This document shows, piece after piece, positions 37,600 through 50,550 of a stretch of 64,000 nucleotides of DNA. Each line of letters begins with the position of its first letter. Position 1 is the stretch's first letter. The DNA lies in assembly GCA_030141605.1 (NCBI GenBank), contig JAQGDQ010000059.1:1-64000 (forward strand). The letters run 5' to 3'. The position numbers and the translations under genes are program-made. The notes below the pieces were generated by a model. It worked only from the letters and a program-made list of their open reading frames with translations. It did no database searches and was not told where the DNA came from. This DNA comes from Tubiluchus corallicola (Eukaryota > Animalia > Priapulida).

Positions 37600-38150
37600 T
37601 TTAGTTATATGTTCATTAAACTTCATATCATTAGTCACAATCACACCTAAGTCTTTAAAGCTGGAAGCCTCATGATCTGTTTTATCACTAATTGCTTAAT
37701 TATAACTAACATGACTTCTTATACATAACAGTGTGTGCTTAACAGGTTCAGTTGCAAAAGCTACTGATCAGGCCATGTTTGAACAGAATCAAGGTCAAGC
37801 TAAAGCAGTGCACGATCAAATTGATACTTAATTTCTCTAAATATTTTAATGTCGTCCAAAAACATTCTTATATTGGAAGAAACATAACCGGGAATGTCAT
37901 TTGTATATAAAATAAAAAACTAAGAACCACTTGTTGTTCCCTGAGATATAGTACTCTTGACAATCTTCCAATCAGCAACAACGCCATTTTGTACAACTTG
38001 CTGCCAACGGGATGTAATAAACTGACCAAATAATGGTCTGTGTATTTTCCCAGCTAATGTGCTGATTACGAAGAAGTTATCCTCCGTATATGTAAGTTGC
38101 AGCTGCTGCACGCAATCAGGAAATCACCTCCAAAATTACAGGATTTGACA
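37600..38150 (-). mobile_element. Decayed LINE RT fragment
   Basis: Minus-strand SRWQQVVQNG, ISQGTTSGS, YTNDIP, FLDDIKIFR (RT domains 4-5). Confidence 0.7.
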
Positions 38151-38334
38151 GTCATTCATCCCTGGTCATACTGAAGTAAGTACCTCAATAATTTGCCCGT
38201 ACAAGCTTATAAATAATTTTTTTCTCTTTTCCTACTTAATTCATGTGTGTAAATGGCTGTGCAGTGTCATGCAATTTTTACAGAGTCGCCATGGTAATAC
38301 TTTTGAAGTAATATCAATGCATTTAAGACCAGAT

Positions 38335-38570
38335 GGTGTGGTTTAGTGGTAATGCGTTATCTTCTCATATGGGAAGTCGTGAGTTTGATACTGTGGCCGA
38401 CCTGGCATGTGGTGTTTAGGGTAAAAATGGGGTAATAATAGTCTTTGTTATTTAGTTGCAGATTGTTATTTACAGTCATTCCAAAAGCTCTTTGGAGCTT
38501 ATGTTAATTGTTCATCCAAAAAGCCGACTTTAAATAAAATATTAATATTGTTATTATTATTATTATTATT
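38335..38570 (+). mobile_element. tRNA-derived SINE
   Basis: A-box-like TGGTTTAGTGG and B-box-like GAGTTTGATAC in a tRNA-like head; unrelated body; (TTA)n tail. Confidence 0.6.
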
Positions 38571-39059
38571 ACGTCTCGTTATCATCAACATTCCTACACT
38601 ATGTGATATGCTAAGTATTAGTATCATAATTTCATAATGAGCTCGTCATAATGTGTTCTTTAGCTAATATTTTTAAACTAAATTGCTGCAGAAGCAGCAG
38701 AATATAACAAAACTAAAGGAAAATATGTACGTAGATTTAAACGAAAAGCCAGCCCTCAAACAATATTCATTATATTTTAGTATGCATTTGAAAATATTGA
38801 AATTACTACATAATATACAGCATAAAGTGCTTTACGTAAAATGCTACAGAAATTTCAGTCATTCTTATCTTCTGCCAAATGAACCACACTGAGGGAATAT
38901 TTGGTAAAAAGGCATGCGTAACAAAACTTCTGCACTTCAATCAGAAATTCTAATATCTTTATGTTTAACTGTGTTTATATAAAAATTAGTCATCATATCA
39001 ATTAACAACAACTTTAAAATATTTACATAGCTTTAGTCTTCAGGATTATACCTCAGAAT

Positions 39060-39310
39060 GCGTAAGTACTGCATATAATAGCTTTTCAAATGACCGTGGA
39101 ATTGTCCGAAGCTATGGCCATACTGTAGGTGCCAGGCAGGTTACTTAGCTTACAGAATTCAGTTTTAGCTTGTTAAAATAATTATTCTGTTGTTTTGTCG
39201 GCATTAGTTAGCCGAGTTGGAGGTAATTATACCATCGTCGGTAACTGGTTTTCATAACAACGTTATGACTAGATGAAAACGATAACCGAATTACTCCATT
39301 TTTCGTTCAA
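39060..39310. promoter_or_regulatory. Candidate bidirectional promoter for Tim10B(-Dcp2) and arfaptin
   Basis: Local CpG enrichment. Plus-strand composition switches from A-rich (left) to T-rich (right). Outward-facing donors: minus TTCT|gtaagc at 39154/39153 and plus GAG|gtaatt at 39222/39223. Confidence 0.35.
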
Positions 39311-42300
39311 GATAAGTGCACCCAAGCATGAAGTGATAGCGACTTTAAATTGATTTTACTAATTACGTGAAGAGCTTATCACAACTTTGTTGCTAGAGCT
39401 TTCTAACATTTTTCTCAAATATTAAAATAAACTCAATTTCCCAAGACACCTGGCTTTTCCTTTAAAAAATTTTATCCTTCCTGTTGATTTCAAGTTCGTT
39501 TACCTCTCATACCAAAACTAGTACTGAGTTTTAATTTCGCTTGAAAGAGTTGTTGTATTTTGCTATTTTGGAATTGATATTGAGAACTGTAATTTTTATG
39601 CAAACATAGTTTATTGCGGTGTGCTTTGTTCATTTGACTATGAAATTTCGTATTTGATTACTATTTTTAATCACATTGATGTTGTTTGTATATTTTTTTA
39701 CTTTTTTGTCTGCAGCTCACCTCTCACAGTGTTAAAGCTAAAGAAATGAAATCGCACATTGTTATAAATCACTAAACATTAGGTTAATTTGCATGTACCT
39801 GCCACAGGAGTGGTAGACCTATCACAATATTAGGTGTTTTGTAGAATTTGTCAGTGTATTTCGAAATGCCTGTGAGCAATAACTTCTCTGTGTATTAATT
39901 ACATTTGCTATCTGTCCTGTCTTTATGGTGTCATTCTGATTTTTAGGTTATTCCGTTTTCCTGCGTTTTTTTTCTCCTATTTATTTGGCAACATTTTCTT
40001 AATTAAAACTGTACAGGTATTGCTCTTTACATTGTTTGTTGGTCATTTGCTTTTTACTGTGCTTGGGTAGACTATATTAGACTATAATTATCAGTCAATT
40101 TGAGCCTTTTTTCATGCATCTTGATGTTTATATTAATTATGTTGCGAGCTTTGAATAGATGATCTTTGAAAAAGAGACAAATTAACTCTAACCTAGTCTG
40201 TTTTGTTAAATTTTCTAGAGGTTGTCTCACTCTGAATATAATGAAATGTTGTTACACTGTAGACATAACACACTTTGTTAATCATGTAAGAATAAAGTTT
40301 TTTCTGTCGTTCAATTATTTAAATAAGAATAAGTTTTATTTAATCTGAATAGAAATAAAGCTACCTGCAATGCTAAACATGATGTGCAGCATTTCACGCT
40401 GCTACACTAATTGCGACATAACTGAAATGCCATACTTTAATATTTCACAGTTAATTTATTTTTATTCAAGTTTTTTAAATCGCCCACACATTTCATCCAG
40501 GAGAGATAATCATCATCAGTTTATATACTAATTTGATTTAAAAACATGTTAGTGTTTAAATATTTAGCACTCATGATAAATATCGCTGATGCCTCTGCGT
40601 CAGGAGTAACAGCCATTGGCGGGTGAAAAATTTGCACATGTTTGACTGTATACATGTAATGATCCCTAAAAGCAGCTGTCACATTATTGGCAGTAAGTTA
40701 TATCCCAAACACCTGCTTTTCCTAGTGAACATAAGCTGTGTGGTTCATATGCATCACTTGAGACAGCTGTTGTGCATTTTTAACATCTTTATTGTTAATA
40801 TCAAAGTATTTCAAAACTAGTTAAAGTTATGGTTTGTCGTGGCTTTGTCGTACAACACAGTTTATTGAGCATATTCCAGACAATGTTATATCAGTCAAGC
40901 TTGCAAACTATCAACACTTTTATGCTTTATACTCTCAACAGAAGCTTTTTTACTTGTTCTTTTATTAAAAAAATATTTTAAAGGTGACTAATGTGAGTAT
41001 CAAAACTTTGATCTCGCCAAATGTTGTTTGTCTTGCCACTCTGAAATACTAATGTAAGTATTGTATCATCATTTTAAATATTTTGTTTGCATCTGTGTTT
41101 CCCTTGAGCAGCATACTTATGGTGATTTTGACTGGTAATGACACTGATGATTTTTGTGTCTATGAGACCTTGGCGATGATTGTCTTTCATATGATTTAAT
41201 GACATTAATCTTATTAGGTGACTTTGGCAAGTTGCCAAGTGCTATGGCCTCTGTGGGTTTTATGTGTAAATTCCATAATAATTCGTAAAATTGCCAAGCC
41301 TGATAATCCAGCTGATTTTACAGTTCATAAATAATTCAATACCAGCTTAATGGTTTTATGGCTCATTGTTTACCCTTGTCATATCATGCTACCCCATTGT
41401 GCAATAGAAAGAACATGGATAATGTACAGTGTCATGCAGCAAGTCTGTGCTTTGTATACCCAGCTAGATCAATAATACAAATTGTACTGAGTGAGCATGT
41501 CCTGTGCTGACAGTCTCTTCCTAGCAGAATCTTTTGGGTGGCTTCTCTTTTCAATCGCGTGATCCACTTTGGAGACATCTGTGTGGTATTAAGCTTAGTG
41601 TCATGTGTGTGAAAAAAATGTTTACTGAATACATTTTTGTAACATTTCCATGTTGATTGAAGAATTGATGATTATGTGGTTCATTAATTAATAGCTTTCT
41701 TGTAGACTCTTTACGCAAGACATTTCAGTGCTATGAGTGTGTGACCACTGTGTATCATTTCGTTTGAAATAAACTTAATCTTTCTTTTGCTTTCTTTATT
41801 TGGTCAGATCTATTGTGAACTTAGCAGTCACAATGTTCAGTTCTACATATCAGTATCAACACATTAATTTAGAAAGTAAGTGCTTATTTAATCATAATCA
41901 AAGCTGACAAACAGATTCTGAGTCATATCATCTGAGAAAGTTTTGAAATAAAGAAGAAAGCACTTCTGGCATGATGTTTTTGCTTCGTTTAGTGAAAAGA
42001 GTCCACACAAATGAGATTTGGTGTTATTTGACTGCTTGTTTATTTAAATTTTTCATTGTTCACCTGATCTAGTCTTTTCTATTTTTATCCCTGATTCTGA
42101 ACAGTTTACACTGTTGTAAGTGCAATTTGGAATATTTCGTATGAAGGTTATAAAACAAGCTTAAAATCTTGAAACAGCTGTAGCTATCAGGTGCAAATTG
42201 ACCTGCACGGTCACACTGAAGGACAAGGAATAGATTGTTTGCAAATCGCACTTTATTTAGACTGCCAATTTGAAGTATGTGTGCTGCCTAAATAACAGAA

Positions 42301-42936
42301 ATGTCTAATTCATGTTCTTCAAATTTCTCCACTACAGCCTATGTTTAACCACTGAAGTGCATGTTGTATTGATTCGCGGTTCACAGTAATATGCTGCTTG
42401 GTGTGCCGTCGTTTAGTACATGCATAGGATACGCAGATATTCCATCATTTAATTTACCCATTTAATAGCTTTTACTGCTAGAAGGAAAAACTGCTTCTTA
42501 CAGGAAATGGCATGGAAGTAGTAGCCGTGTTACTGATAAATTTGATTTAAATAAATATATTATGAAATATGCATTCTAATGAATTGTGTCAACTAGATTT
42601 TTATTGTGATTCAAATTCATTTACGTTTGTTTCTTTGTTTGTCTGTCTGTTTGTTTGTTTGTATGTATGCTTGCTTGTGTGTTTCTTGTCTTGTTTATTT
42701 GTTTGTTTAAGAGGTGTATCCAAAACTGTGAAACAATAGAAAATAGTCAACACTAATATTGTCAAACCTTGCATAATTAGTCATCTAAAGGTCCTATCTG
42801 TCAGACATGAATATTTCAATGAAAGATAAAGGTCAAGATCTCGGCTCATCTAGTCAAGTGATGTAAAATAAAAAACTGCATTTACGTTATATTATTACTG
42901 ATGGTACTTGTGTTTTTCTTAGATTCACCCGCAAAG

Positions 42937-45900
42937 ATGGCACAACAGATCCCCTTGCAGGGAAGTCCCGACGCCGACCATTTTGAAGAGCAAGATCTGA
43001 CTTCCATACCAAACTTGGGTGAGAGCACATCAGCCGTGATTGGAGGTGATGATACTGGTTATACTATGTACGGTTCCCATCCAGGAGGAATGAATATGCC
43101 ATCAGGTGTTCCTGCACAGCGATCATTAGATGCTTCCAGGGTTCCAAGGTCAAGTACTGCACCGGCAGGTAATGCAATTATTTAAAAAATGCCTACAAGC
43201 TGATTAGTGTAATTTTAGGGTTTGTTCAGGAGTTGAAGAATTTATGACGTTATATAGCACAGCTGCAGTAGCTGATCAAGTGCACTTTTTTCCATTATGT
43301 CATACAGCAATATGTTTAATTATTTACAAGTTTGTTAGAAAATTTTCAATGAAGTTTTTTGCAAATGGAATATACAACATAGCTCTAATGATGAAACATG
43401 CAGCTTCTCTTCTTTTGTTCCTAGTTTATTTACAGTAAATGTGAGCAACATTTGCAGTAAAAGCCACAATGTTTAGGTGAAACAGTGATTAGTTCTTATC
43501 TCCACATTAGACTTTCTGGAATTTATTGAACTAATTTGAGGCTCTATGTCATGATCAAAATGGTTTAGGAACCTCACCCTCCATTTTTTACAAAGTGTTT
43601 TTTCTGAGACTTCATTATATGATAAGCATGCTAACCTTGCAAGCTGGTCAAGAAATTATGGAGCTAGAGGGCAGTCAGACACACAGGGGGAAAGAGATAG
43701 AAATGAAGAGTAGCAATGAGAGGGGAGAGAGAAAGAGAAAGGGAGCAAAAATGGAAAACAGAGGTGGAGAGTGGGAGAAAGACTGAGAGAGGAGAGGGAG
43801 GAGAGAGATATGTGGTATCATATACATTTATTTAATTTGGCCCCCTGTCATTTCAAATTGAATTCATAGTACATATAGTAGCAAGGAAGCCATTTATATT
43901 CAGACAGAACCAACAGGGGAGTTTATCTTCATACTGTAGGTTAATGTGTTTTATTTGATACTTGTCTATTCAGTGAACAGGAGCAAAGTTGAAATTCAGC
44001 ATTCACTAATGATGATGAAAGATTTATGGTACTCTTTGACTGGAGGTCTTTTGCGTTAGTATGTTTTTACCTCCGTGCATTAAAAGTAAACAAAGGAAGT
44101 GTCTGTTTATCACTAGTGAAAAATTTATGTGGATTATATTTTACAAATATAACCCATATAAGCTTTTCTATATGTTACTAATGACAGGTATCAGAATTTT
44201 TGGTGTTTTTGTAACTTAATTTTTGGCACCTCTGCATATATGCTTAATATGTGCTATTATCTTGACTATCGTATAAAACTTATGGAATGCAATAAATTTA
44301 CTGTATTATTATTACTGCTACTGTTGCTGTTACTATTACCATTGCCATTACTATTACTATTAATTGATATGGGCTACAGCCGCTACTGCAATGTTCATTT
44401 CTGGAAATTATTCTGGTAATCTGAATGTTACACATTAATAACTGATTCCACATTATCAAGCTTTTCAGTTAAATTTCTTGAACAATTATTTATTTATTTA
44501 AATTGTAATGTTTAAGAGTTTTGTAAATGAAGTACAATTTTCTATACTGATGACTGCAGAAGTTAATACAAAAAATCTGCTTGCTTGCATGGTTCTGCAT
44601 TGTGTGTAAGCAAATGCTAAACAAATCATGTTGAATGCTCCATTAAACTGCTTTGTAAATATATTCATCTTACAAGTCAAATAGCTTATTTACGTATTCC
44701 TGTCTTGTATTGCTTAGGGTAGACGAACATTTTGATAACTGTGCAGTGCAGCATTTTGTATTATGTGTGAGTTGTAAAGCCAGATTAAAAGTCAGTTAAT
44801 TAGCCTAAACTTTGATTCATTTTGTACGATGTATGCTAGAAGTGGCATAATGTACTGGCTGTCAGCTGATGAAAGTGACGGTAATTATAGCATTTCATTT
44901 GGTCCCATGTTCAGTGTTCTGTACACATAGTACGATGCTGGTTTATATTGATTTGTACAGCTAAGCACCGTTACTTACACTTAGTCAATATTGTCTCCAT
45001 TGGCCAAGGCTTATTTAAGTCTGTTTATTTCTTTGACAGATTTTGTGAGCTTGCACAGCCTTTTCTTACTGTTATTTTTAATGGTTGATTTTGAAACTGT
45101 TTTAATAATTGCAACTAAGTAGCATTTTTAGAATATTCATAATTACTCTGGATGTATGACATGATCCAGCACATAAATCTGTTCTGCTGTTCTTTTTTTT
45201 AAATTAGCTTAGGCCAAAATCAAACATGAACCAATAAGTTTGCTTTTACTCAACATGTAATCTGTGTTGCACTGTGTATAAACATAAACATAAACAATAG
45301 TTTTAACTTTTAATTGCTTATCTGTTTGAAATTTTTTGCTGTTTGTACTAGGTATTCTAGACTAGGTTTATACACATAGATATTTAAAACACATCGATAG
45401 TTTTAACTTTTAATTGCTTATCTGTTTGAAATTTTTTGCAGCTTGTACTAGGTATTCTAGACTAGGTTTATACACATAGCTATTTAAAACACTCGATGTG
45501 TTTCATGTTAGATTATGTGGTTATGTGCCTAGGGTTGCCACCTCATCACGAATCAAAATCAGGAGTTAAGAGTCAGCTAGGAGGTCAAGGATGGCTGGAG
45601 CCCCGAAAGCCTGTGTGTTTCCTGCATTTTAGACGTTTTATGAGGCCTTTTTCAGAAACAAAAATAAAGAAATTTAAACCACAAATTACTACAAATTTCT
45701 TGATTTTAAACTCTAAAAAAGGACTAAAAACTCAAAGTTTACAAAAATGTAAGCGGTTTGCATCAATTTTTGGAATTCTTTCCCAAGTCCCACTACATTT
45801 CTTGCGTTCTTGAGATTTCTGGAGCTAGATGGTTTAGGTTAAGTGAACTAAACTTAAACCGGAAGAATACTTGATTCAATAAGTTTACTATTTTACTTAA

Positions 45901-48900
45901 TAAAGATTCCGCTTTTTTTAACTTACCCTTATGCAACAGTTCAATACCATGTAAGACATATTCCCATTTTCCATGCAAGACATTTTTGACTTAAATTTCA
46001 ATGTGATGGTCGAAATCAGAAGATTTGTGAATTTTTCAAAAATCTGACTGAATTACGGATGCATGGCTGAATTCCAGGAGAGACCTGGCCAACCCTATTT
46101 GTGTCGCATGGATCCTTTATCTTCTATTGATTGCATGATGATTATAAATTTGGTGCCACCTGAGTTTGCTATATTGCTAGGCCAGCTATACTGATATTCA
46201 GAAAAACCCTGGTAAAATAAGGCATTCCAAGCTGCTCTAGCAGACCACATTATATCTGGCTTTTTCTAGGTCCTCAACACTGTTCTGGATTTTTAGAGTG
46301 TCAAGTGACTTGGTGGCACAGCTAGTTATAAAAAAAATCTTCAGACATTTATTACTGTACAAGATTTTTGTAAGTAACAGCTTGCTACTTATTTTTAAAA
46401 GTATGTTCTATTATTTTCAGCTACTACAAATGTGCCACTGAGTCCTCAGACTAATGGAAACATGAGAGGGGGAGCGGCGCACATGGATCGAAATGCTACC
46501 AAGCTAGATGCATTAAAGACGTGGAGCAAATCAACGTTTATGTGCACACGGCAAATATTATCTGAAAAACTAGGTATTTTTATCTGAATTTTTGAAATGT
46601 ACAGCTGTTGTAGATTTACTTCCTGACTTGTAAAAATGGATAGATGCAAAATAAAATAACAGCAAGATAGGCACAATAAGATTAGTAAGATCTGTTGCCC
46701 GGCACATTAGTTTTCTAGTTTGTAGATTTATCTTGTCAGGGTGCCCAATTATTGAATCATCTCTCTACTTGAACAATAGAAATTCACTTAACCAAAAACC
46801 AAAACACACACCTTCATATAGCTTGAAATTTGCACGTTTCTTTTGATTCTCTTTCAAGTTATGTTGAGGCAAAATTTTGAAAAACTGCATCATGAAACGT
46901 GGCTATCAAATTACTGACTTTGGAAAGTACCAATCTGAACTTAAGAGTAAATAAAGTGTGAGTAGTTTGACAAAAGCGTTTCCCAAATTTCTGAATTTCA
47001 TTTTTACACAAAGAAATTTGGGCAAAATTTTGCAAAAGTTGCATTATGAAAGCCGATTTAAAAATATTTTAGGTTCAAAAACAGAAAAAAAATGTATTTA
47101 GAAGATAGTCATAGTATACAAAAGGTATCTTTTAATGTTACTTATAGGCAAAGGTACAAAGACAGTAGATGTAGGATTAGAAGCACAGATTGAGCAGTTA
47201 CGAGACACGCAGAAAAAGTATTCAAATATTCTTCGTTTGTCACGAGCTATGACAAGTCATTTATTCCATGTTGTACAGTCACAACGATCGCTTGGGGAAA
47301 CATTTACAGGTTAGTTCAATTTGTTTGTAGGTATTTATAGCATTTTTATGCATTTTCGAAGACAGTTTTATTGCACTCCTATGCATTTATTTTGATTTTT
47401 CAGACACTAATGATTTTGTTTAAATGATTTAAGTATTTGCATGTGCAAGCTACGTCATTGGCACTACCCTTTATGATACTTGTATTATAGTTTTACTCAG
47501 AATTACTTTTGTTCTTTCCGTAAAACGATTGCAAAGTTTGTAAGTGCTTATTTTGTCAAGTGTGGTTTCCTATTAACGTTAAGTATTAAACCAAGAGCAG
47601 TAATGAACCTCAAATATCCAGCCAGTTCAAAGAACCTTGCACACAGAAATACTTTTGCTGTCTTTGGTTGCCTTTCTTATTGTTTTTGGTTTCAAAGCCT
47701 TCAAATGTAACTAAATAATGCAACCTGAATTTTGAGAGAATTGTCATGCACAGGACACTCTAGAATCAGTGGCGGCTCATGTATAGGTACTGTGGAACTG
47801 CAGCACCCCCTACTTTCACTCAATATTACCGATAATATTCAATATAATAAGTCTTTTTTCTTTAGTTCTTTCTTTATATATGTACAGAACCAGAGCATGT
47901 GAGGGTTGTACTGTTTGCTTTACAGCCCAGCACAGTGCACTCTAGCAATGTAGTATTTGGCTGTTGTGCACATGTATATTTGTTTGTTTAAAATTACAAA
48001 TGCAAATTACAACATTAAAAACGTATATTTGTTTTGTTTTACACAGTATTAAAACAATGGCTAAAAAATTTCTGAAGCAGCACCCCCACTAATTTTAGCT
48101 ACGAGTTGCCATTGTCTTGAAAACCAAATGACAGAGTTACATAAGTTTGCCATTAGTGTTTGGTACGGTTTATAAAACGCTTGATTTTTTAAACTGTATT
48201 TGCACTTGATGTTAATAATTATTTTTTCTTATTTTGTGAAAGTATGATTAGCGAATACAATGGTTTTAGTTCAGCCCCAATCCCGACTTCCGAATCTATG
48301 CACTTCCTCTTTTTGTCAAATTTAGTTTATAAAATTCAATAAACATGGATGCAATGTCGCAGTTCAATCAATTTATTATTGACCTATCTTGAATTTAGAA
48401 TTATAAATAAGTACATGTAACAACGTCTTTATTGACAGAATTGGCACAGAAGTCACCTGAACTGCAAGATGAGTTTAGCTACAATGCGGAGACGCAGCGC
48501 ACCCTGGTGAAGAATGGTGAGATTCTGCTAACAGCCCTCAATTTCTTCACATCTAGCATTAACACACTCATCAATAAGACAATGGAGGATACGCTGCAGA
48601 CCATTAAACAGTATGAAACTGCAAGGTTAGTATGAAACTGCTGCTCTCTGGAACTCTATGTTGAAAGCTTGTTTGCCATCCTAATTTAATCTCCGCCAGT
48701 AAAAGGGAAACAGCAAATTCTAACAGCTAAAATGCAGTTTATTATAAGAACTCGACAAGAAAATACTAGGGTATAGTAAAAGGTCTAGTTAATTAGATCG
48801 TCATCGTCGAGATGATCTCTTCGACCAAGACGCACTACCTAACTCTCATTCGTCATCATCATCTCCTTACATTCTGCACTGTTAACGCAAACAACCAATA

Positions 48901-50550
48901 ACATTGGCGCTCCTCTAGTTTAACAAAGTTATCAACAGATACATGTTTACCATGACCTCTTAAATTAATCCTCTTGTCTTTTTCTTCTTAAATTAAATTC
49001 TCCTTATTTCTATCTCTGGGCCAGCATGACTTTGGTTTTCCAGAGGGCAGACACTTTGCTTTTCAGTAGTCTCTATGAAAAACTCCCAGTTAATACTTTT
49101 GTAGACTAAAAATGCTGGGTTTTCCAAAGGGCAAACACCTTGCTTCTTGCTTTTCAGGAGTCACTATGAAAACTCACAGTTAATACTTTTGTAGACTAAA
49201 AATGTTTGTGGTTGTTGGGGTTCATAATGTAGAAACATAAATTGCTGTCATTTTTTCTTTTCTGTTATTACACTTATCTAAATGGCAATGCTATAACTAT
49301 TGCTCAGAACGGTTCACTAGCACTGACGACTTACTTGAACTGAAAATTCGTAGAATTTTTAGTTTTGCAATTACACATTTTGCTTTTAGGGCTTAATATC
49401 ATTTTACCAAAATAACAAGAAACTGAAGCATGTGATTTTTAAATGCATAGAATTGCTAAACATTTTCAATGACATTCTTTAGCTCATTATTTTTCCCCAA
49501 ATTATTTTTTTTCCTTAAAAATTGAAAAGTTTTTACAAATAATTTTTATTTTTTTATTTAAATATAGTTTTATACTAATAAGTTACTTGAACCTCTGTTT
49601 GTATTTTCAGTGTTTATTTATTTATTTCTTTTTGCAAATTATAAATTATTTTTATTACATATTACAATAAGATCTCACTGAAACAAAACACAGAAAAGGG
49701 TTAGTCAATTGTATTCTCAATTATTGTAAAGCAACACCAGCAAATTATTGCTTTCTCTTTCTAGACAATGTATGATGTCATTGAGTTTAGAAATAACTTC
49801 GTATAGTGTGTCTTAAAATTTTTTTTGTTTCTTAAAAGGTTGGAATATGATGCATACCGAACGGATTTGGAATCTATGCAAGCTGGTCCAAAAACCGATC
49901 CCGCATTTGGTGTCAAATTGGATGAAATGACCAGATTATACAATTCTCATAAAGAGAAATTTGATCGATTACGGGCAGATGTGGATGTCAAGTTACGGTT
50001 TCTCGAAGAAAATAAGGTATGTGCTTCCATAGAGCCTTGAGTTTGATTTGCACAGTCGTAAAGGGTGTCCCAAAAAGTTGTGAGTGCACATCTGTTTTTT
50101 GAATATGTCGCTTCAATAAACTCATACAATACCACTTTACCACTTCAGGATGCCATTCATTAAAACACATAAATAAAAAAATATACATAAAGAAAGTTCA
50201 GCTTAATAATAAACTTAATCAGATTCAATACACAAGTTAAAAAATATCTGGAATATAATGCCTCTCAAAATAAAATTATCAACATGCTTTGAGCAATTTA
50301 AAATACAAAAAAATGTGTATCTGAAAACTTTCTCAGGTGCTAGTTTATTGAACTAATCAGGTACTGTTGGTTATTGTCTTTTTTGCAGGTCAAAGTCATG
50401 CACAAACAACTGCTGCTGTTTCACAAGGCCATTTCTGCTTACTTTGCTGGGAATGCACAAGGTCTGGAACAGACTATTCAACAGTTTAGTATAAAGCTGA
50501 AAATGCCAAACTCCAGTCCGCCTTCCTGGTTAGAAGATGGTAAGGAATGA
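42937..50550 (+). CDS. ARFIP2: Arfaptin (AH/BAR domain), 6 coding exons: 42937-43168, 46421-46573, 47148-47309, 48439-48625, 49839-50016, 50389-50550
   Basis: Phase-compatible GT-AG exons encode [111 protein letters not shown] and PPSWLE. This is the single invertebrate ortholog of ARFIP1/ARFIP2. Confidence 0.96.
45297..45496. repeat. ~100-bp tandem duplication in an arfaptin intron
   Basis: ATAGTTTTAACTTTTAATTGCTTATCTG...TATTTAAAACAC repeated twice with few mismatches. Confidence 0.92.
45530..46097. mobile_element. hAT-type MITE
   Basis: Termini TAGGGTTGCCA ... TGGCCAACCCTA. Flanking 8-mers TATGTGCC / TTTGTGTC (6/8 identical) are consistent with an 8-bp TSD. Confidence 0.75.
47767..48114. 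mobile_element. hAT-type MITE (same family as 30650-31093)
   Basis: Termini CAGTGGCGGCTC ... GAGTTGCCATTG. Flanks TCTAGAAT / TCTTGAAA (6/8) resemble an 8-bp TSD. The 3' ~110 nt match 30985-31093. Confidence 0.8.
49034..49205. repeat. ~83-bp tandem duplication in an arfaptin intron
   Basis: GGTTTTCCA(G/A)AGGGCA...CAGTTAATACTTTTGTAGACTAAAAATG occurs twice. Confidence 0.88.

Noticed and set aside
38335-38405. Functional tRNA gene
   Set aside because: Acceptor and T stems do not pair, the B box is degenerate, and a body plus (TTA)n tail follow, as in a SINE.
43595-43786. Purine-rich ORF as an extra arfaptin exon
   Set aside because: GA-rich low-complexity sequence; the flanking exons already join in phase without it.
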